A DNA stretch of 64,000 nt from positions 832,001 through 896,000 of the forward strand of contig CBDCXR010000004.1 in NCBI GenBank assembly GCA_965223845.1, given 5' to 3'. The notes beneath the pieces were generated by a model, which was not told where the DNA came from, ran no database searches, and was given only the letters and a program-made list of their open reading frames with translations. Below are positions 59,375 to 64,000 of the stretch, in pieces. The position numbers and the translations under genes are program-made. The stretch comes from Planctomycetota bacterium. GTDB lineage: Bacteria; Planctomycetota; UBA8108; SXIK01. Positions within the stretch are counted from its first letter, which is position 1; the number at the start of each line of letters is the position of its first letter.

Positions 59375-61521
59375 TACAGGCGCAACCGAAATTGAACGAA
59401 GACGGTTCGGCCGGGCGTCTCGTGAGAGCTGAACGCTCCGATCTGCTGCACGGAAAGAGCGGTTTCGTCGAACAGGTCATGGACGCCCACCGTCAGATCA
59501 AGGCGATCGTCGGCGAGTCGTTTGGTTACGGCGAGATCGACGCGGTGGAAATCGGAAACGCTCGCCCCTGAGCTTCCACTGTCTCGGTTCGTACGCGAGG
59601 TGTACTTGTAGTGGGCCGACGCCGAGAACCCGTGGGGAAGCGCCCATTGAACGCCGAGTCCGACCTTGTTTTTAGCGGGACGGAATCCACGCACGCTCTG
59701 GTCGGTCGCGTCGGGCGAAAAGTTGTTGTGAGCGTACCACGCCGAGATGAAGAGATCGCGCAGGCGGTACTCGAGCTCGACTTCACCACCGAAGGCATCG
59801 CCGCCGTTGATATTGTCGAACACGGCGAGGACGCGACCGAGTCCCAGCGGATCGGGGAGGTCGGCGAAACCGATCAAATCTTCGTAGCGCTGGTAGTAGA
59901 GGTTGACCCGTGCGGTGAGATCCGGCGTCAGCGCCCCCGAGTAGCCGGTCTCGAGCGAGTAAACCTCTTCGTGATCGAGGTCGTCGGACTCGAAGAGCTG
60001 GACACCGAAGGAGCCGGGCGGAAGCGGAGGACTCGGCAGCGGGAGGCGTTGGATTCTAGCCTCGCGCACTCCGAAGAGCGGCGCTCGAAACGCCTTCGCC
60101 GCCCCGATCCGCAACCGGTGGTTCTGCTCGTCGTCGACGGCGTAGAGAACCGAGACGCGGCCGGACCAATCGACCTTTGTTCCCGAGTACCAATCGGCTC
60201 TGAGCTGCGTCTCGAGAGCGAGGTCATCGTCGTCGGTCAGCTGCCAGCGGTGGATGCCGAAGATCCCGGCCCAAAACTCGTTTTCGGTACCGCGGTCGAG
60301 AAAGTCCTGGGGCTGTTCGAGGCCGTGCTCGATGTGGACCCAACGTGCGTTTCCGCCGACGGTGAGATGATGCGGGGAGAGTTCGAGATCGACCTGTGCC
60401 TCGAGATCGTTCTCGTACTCCTCGAATCCCCAGATCGACGGCCGGGAGACATCGGCGAAGTTGCCGAACCACTGAACGTAGCCCGTCCAATCGTCGGCCT
60501 CGCGCGTCATGCGAGCGTGTAGCCGAGCGACATCGATTCGCTCGTCGTCACGGGGATCGCCCAGCATCGGGAAGCCGGCGATTTCGAAGTCACCGCGTTC
60601 GACGTGAGCGAACGCCGCGCCGAAATCGAGCGTGTCGCGATCGTTCACCTCGTAGAGGAGCTTCGAGCTGAGACGCCAGTCTTCGCTGAAGTCACGAGAC
60701 GAAAAGTCGTCGTGCGAGATCGCTTCGTCGGACGATTCTCGCGATTCGTATCCTGCCGACACGGACCACGCCCAACGGCCGTTCACTCCCGCCCAGCGCG
60801 AATTCGTGAGAATGTCGCCGAACTCGGTCACGCGGGTGAGTGTGCTCAGGCCGGTCGTTTCACGTGGCGCCTTCGTGATGATGTTGATGACGCCGTTCAG
60901 TGCGTTCGGACCCCACGCCGCGCCGCCCGGCCCGCGGACGATTTCGATTTGGGCGATGTCGTCGGGAAAAATCGGAAGGCGGAAGAAGTCGACGCCACCG
61001 TACGTCGCAGAGGTCGCGTTACGGCCGTCGATGAGGACGAGAGTCCGATCGGAGAACTGGTGGTGGAGGCCGCGGACGCCGAGCGCGACGTTATTGCGAT
61101 CGGTCGCGAGGACGTCGACTCCCGGGGTGAACTGAAGGATTTCCGGAACGGTCGAGAGGCCGGATTCCCGGATCGTCGACGCGTCGACGATCCCGATGGC
61201 GAGCGAGGACTCGGCGCGCCGCTGCTCCTTTCGAGAGGCGCTGACGACGACCGGGATGGGCTCGAAGAGGAGGAGCTCCTCGCTCCCGAACGAGGTATCG
61301 AGGGCGTCGTTGCCGAGGGGAGAGGCATCGCTCGTCTCGGCCTTTCCGGCCAGAAGATCGGAGCCGTCGGCGTCGTTGACGAGAAGCGCGAGCGATCGCT
61401 CCTGCGCGCAGATGACGCCAGTAGCGAAAACCAGATGCGCCAGAAGCAACGTACAGCGAAGCGGAGAGCGCTCGCCTCCGCGAACGGTGGTGCGGGACGG
61501 ATGGGCCATGGCGGAGAACAC
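59374..61521 (-). CDS. TonB-dependent receptor
   Basis: VVVSASRKEQ, plug motifs VRG..LVLIDGR and IEIVRGPGGAAWGPNALNGVINIITK, barrel strands, C-terminal DLFDE..PGRTVFVQFRLRL. Confidence 0.93.
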   Translation of the reverse strand: MFSAMAHPSRTTVRGGERSPLRCTLLLAHLVFATGVICAQERSLALLVNDADGSDLLAGKAETSDASPLGNDALDTSFGSEELLLFEPIPVVVSASRKEQRRAESSLAIGIVDASTIRESGLSTVPEILQFTPGVDVLATDRNNVALGVRGLHHQFSDRTLVLIDGRNATSATYGGVDFFRLPIFPDDIAQIEIVRGPGGAAWGPNALNGVINIITKAPRETTGLSTLTRVTEFGDILTNSRWAGVNGRWAWSVSAGYESRESSDEAISHDDFSSRDFSEDWRLSSKLLYEVNDRDTLDFGAAFAHVERGDFEIAGFPMLGDPRDDERIDVARLHARMTREADDWTGYVQWFGNFADVSRPSIWGFEEYENDLEAQVDLELSPHHLTVGGNARWVHIEHGLEQPQDFLDRGTENEFWAGIFGIHRWQLTDDDDLALETQLRADWYSGTKVDWSGRVSVLYAVDDEQNHRLRIGAAKAFRAPLFGVREARIQRLPLPSPPLPPGSFGVQLFESDDLDHEEVYSLETGYSGALTPDLTARVNLYYQRYEDLIGFADLPDPLGLGRVLAVFDNINGGDAFGGEVELEYRLRDLFISAWYAHNNFSPDATDQSVRGFRPAKNKVGLGVQWALPHGFSASAHYKYTSRTNRDSGSSGASVSDFHRVDLAVTKRLADDRLDLTVGVHDLFDETALSVQQIGAFSSHETPGRTVFVQFRLRL

Positions 61522-61586
61522 TGGGGGGAGAGGATCGGCCTCGTCCGCGAGCGGACGGAGGGCACGAGAAGTGAAACCGGACGCGG

Positions 61587-62003
61587 TCAGGCCGAGGCGC
61601 TCTCGGTCTCGTTCACGTCGTTTCTGGTTCGCTTGCCCCAGAATTCTTCGATCTTCGCGAGCAGCTCGTCGTGGTTGAACGGCTTCGTAACGTAGTCGTC
61701 CGCGCCCGCCTCGAGACCGGCCTTCCGCTCCTCGGCCATAGCCTTCCCCGAGACGAATATGATCGTCGTGTCGGCGTGCTCCGGTTGCGCGCGGAGCTGA
61801 CGACAGACTTCGAAACCGTCGAGGTGCGGCATCATCACGTCGAGAAGAATCACGTCCGGCTTGATTTGCGGAACCTGCTCGAGTGCCTCCTGCCCGGACG
61901 CGGCCGTCCAGATCTCGAACTCTTCGAGGAGCTCTTCGAGGATCATGCGATTGCGCGGTTCGTCGTCGACGATGAGGATGCGCGGTGAATCTTGGGACAC
62001 CAT
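61587..62003 (-). CDS. Single-domain response regulator
   Basis: ILIVDD, LLDVMMP, GADDYVTKPF. Confidence 0.93.
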   Translation of the reverse strand: MVSQDSPRILIVDDEPRNRMILEELLEEFEIWTAASGQEALEQVPQIKPDVILLDVMMPHLDGFEVCRQLRAQPEHADTTIIFVSGKAMAEERKAGLEAGADDYVTKPFNHDELLAKIEEFWGKRTRNDVNETESASA

Positions 62004-62006
62004 GGT

Positions 62007-63875
62007 TCAGTCAGTCTCCACTGTGCTCGTGGACTCCTGCGCTTCGACGGAAGCTGCGACCGTTTCGTTGGTCGGCGTCACTTTGGCCGCGGCTCGGGGT
62101 TGCATGCGCGGAATCGAGAACGTAAAGATCGCTCCACCACCCGGACGGTTGGCCGCGCGAATCCAACCGTGGTGCGCGTCCACGATCTCCTTACAGATCG
62201 ACAATCCGAGGCCGGTTCCCCCAGCCCCGGAATCGGTCTTCTGGCTTTGGGCGAACGGATCGAAGATCGTCTCGATCTCTTCCTCGGGGATTCCGAATCC
62301 CTCGTCGGAAACCGAGAGCTCGATACTCGGCCGTACTTCGTCGTCGACGTCGATGCTTCCTTCCGAAAAGGACATCGTGATCGTTCGCTCGGGATCGGTG
62401 AACTTGACCGCGTTCGAAAGAAGGTTCCGTGCGACTTGTGCGATGCGGAACGAGTCGAAATCGGCTTCGGTACTGAACGCCGCCGGAAGCACGGCGGTGC
62501 GCAGGTTCTTTTTTCGGATCAAGGGGTCGAGCTCGGAGAGCACCGATTGAAGGACCGTTTGGAGGTTTCCGGCCCTCATCGTGTAGGTCATCTTTCCGGC
62601 CTGTGCCTTCGAGAGATCGAGAAGGTTGTTGAGGAGCTGCATCAGGTTCTCACCGCTGGATCGAATCTCACGGAAGTACCCGAGCAGTCGGTCCTTCGAG
62701 GCTTTCTCGATCTTTTTCACACCGAACTCTGCGAAGCTCAGAACCGCGTGCATCGGCGTTCGCAGCTCGTGCGACATATTTGCGAGGAAGCGAGACTTCG
62801 CCCGCGCGGCCGCCTGCGCCTCCTCCATGCTTTCGCGAAGCTCGCGGGTTCGCCGGGCCACTTTCTCTTCGATAATTCGATTGGTCGCCTCGAGCTCTTC
62901 GTTCTTCCGGCGCACTTCGTCGCGCGACTTCTTGAGGAGAAGGACCATATTGCTGAGCTGCGAATTGGTCTCCTCGAGGTCGGTGATATCGTCGAACGTC
63001 GTCAGCGTGCCGCGCGACCGCCCTGACTCGTCGGGGATCGGGGAGCTGTTGACGACGTATCTACGGGTCGGACCGTCCTTGTGCCGCAGCGACAACTGAG
63101 CACCGCGCATGGTACGCCCGGACTCGAAGGCTTCGTCCCACGGGTACTTCGTCGCCCCGGGGGTTGCGTGAACCCAAGGAAGCGTCGCGAGGGATTGTCC
63201 GATGAGTGAGTTCGGAGATTGGCCGAGTTGCTCAGCGATCGCCGAGTTCGCGAGCACGATCAAGCCGCGCTCGTCCATGAGCACGACCCCTTCGACTAGG
63301 GTGTCGAGTGCGTAGCGCACACGCCCGGGAACGACCGAGGACGGATCGAGTTGCCGCAGAGTCTTGCGGATGAACTGAAAATAACAGAAGAAACCGACGA
63401 GTCCGACGAAGCCCATGGTGCGAATGATCGGACGGCTGAGCAGTCCTTGAAGCCCCTCAGGAAAGAGCGCCGAGAACTGCACCTCAACAGCGCCCCAGCG
63501 ATTGGGGCCCTTGAAGATCGGAACTTGCGCGTGAGTCGAGGTCGATCGCTCGGTGTCGTCGTTCGTCCATACCTCCTCGTGGGCGCCGGCCTTGGCGAGG
63601 ATGGTTCCGTCTGCGGTGCGCATCGCCGCCGAGAGCACGTCTTCATTCCGGCGGACGAGCGTCTGCATCGTTCGCTGGATCGCTTCGGTGTCTCCGCGCG
63701 AGATCGCCGACGAGAACTGGACCGCGAGCGATTCGCACAGCTTCTTCCTCGCGTCGAGTAGGACGTTCGCGGGATTCGGAATCACTCCGACGACGTCACC
63801 GACGACGATGATGCTCGCCGTGAGGAGCGCGAGTCCGAGGCTCAGGCGGAACGCGGGCGTGAGAAAGAAACGCAT
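62007..63875 (-). CDS. Membrane PAS-domain sensor histidine kinase
   Basis: Two TMs around a periplasmic domain, PAS (LDTLVEGVVLMD..LAN), coiled coil, MSHELRTP, NAVKFT, DEGFG, GGTGLGL. Confidence 0.93.
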   Translation of the reverse strand: MRFFLTPAFRLSLGLALLTASIIVVGDVVGVIPNPANVLLDARKKLCESLAVQFSSAISRGDTEAIQRTMQTLVRRNEDVLSAAMRTADGTILAKAGAHEEVWTNDDTERSTSTHAQVPIFKGPNRWGAVEVQFSALFPEGLQGLLSRPIIRTMGFVGLVGFFCYFQFIRKTLRQLDPSSVVPGRVRYALDTLVEGVVLMDERGLIVLANSAIAEQLGQSPNSLIGQSLATLPWVHATPGATKYPWDEAFESGRTMRGAQLSLRHKDGPTRRYVVNSSPIPDESGRSRGTLTTFDDITDLEETNSQLSNMVLLLKKSRDEVRRKNEELEATNRIIEEKVARRTRELRESMEEAQAAARAKSRFLANMSHELRTPMHAVLSFAEFGVKKIEKASKDRLLGYFREIRSSGENLMQLLNNLLDLSKAQAGKMTYTMRAGNLQTVLQSVLSELDPLIRKKNLRTAVLPAAFSTEADFDSFRIAQVARNLLSNAVKFTDPERTITMSFSEGSIDVDDEVRPSIELSVSDEGFGIPEEEIETIFDPFAQSQKTDSGAGGTGLGLSICKEIVDAHHGWIRAANRPGGGAIFTFSIPRMQPRAAAKVTPTNETVAASVEAQESTSTVETD

Positions 63876-64000
63876 GGAGGGGGATTCGGTAGTCGGGGGG
63901 GACTGATCGCCCGTTTCGCTCCACCGGAGCGACCGATTCTCGGGTCGATCCCGGCGCAGAAATCGAGAGTCCGCGGGAGCGGACGAACGGGAGGGTCTCT

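Overview
GC-rich, densely coding bacterial window. Its gene content (sulfatases, PVC-type heme protein, CRTAC1/FG-GAP proteins, TPR proteins, five C-terminal dockerin-like domains, DCNxNG repeats) points to a Planctomycetota-type genome; this is an inference. It holds about 36 CDS and one tRNA-Val(TAC). No CRISPR array, transposase, integrase or prophage gene was seen. The best hidden signal is a gene the ORF track splits in two (29943..31265, minus): a secreted thioredoxin-fold/PDZ protein with two in-frame TGA codons three codons apart (FR-U-I-P-U-H-A-C). A perfect 8-bp SECIS-like hairpin follows, so this is a probable di-selenocysteine (UxxUxxC) selenoprotein. Other points of interest: a 20-Cys insertion in a choice-of-anchor-I protein preceded by Pho-box-like 11-bp repeats; a ThuA-ThuA-MsrA fusion with an internal RBS/GTG; a tandem pair of FG-GAP/dockerin genes with conserved upstream motifs; a heptaheme cytochrome/TPR/CRTAC1/CotH cluster; a kinase plus PLP-enzyme pair; and a TonB receptor-binding protein-hybrid kinase-HD-GYP signalling operon. 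All family assignments come from motif recognition, not database searches.
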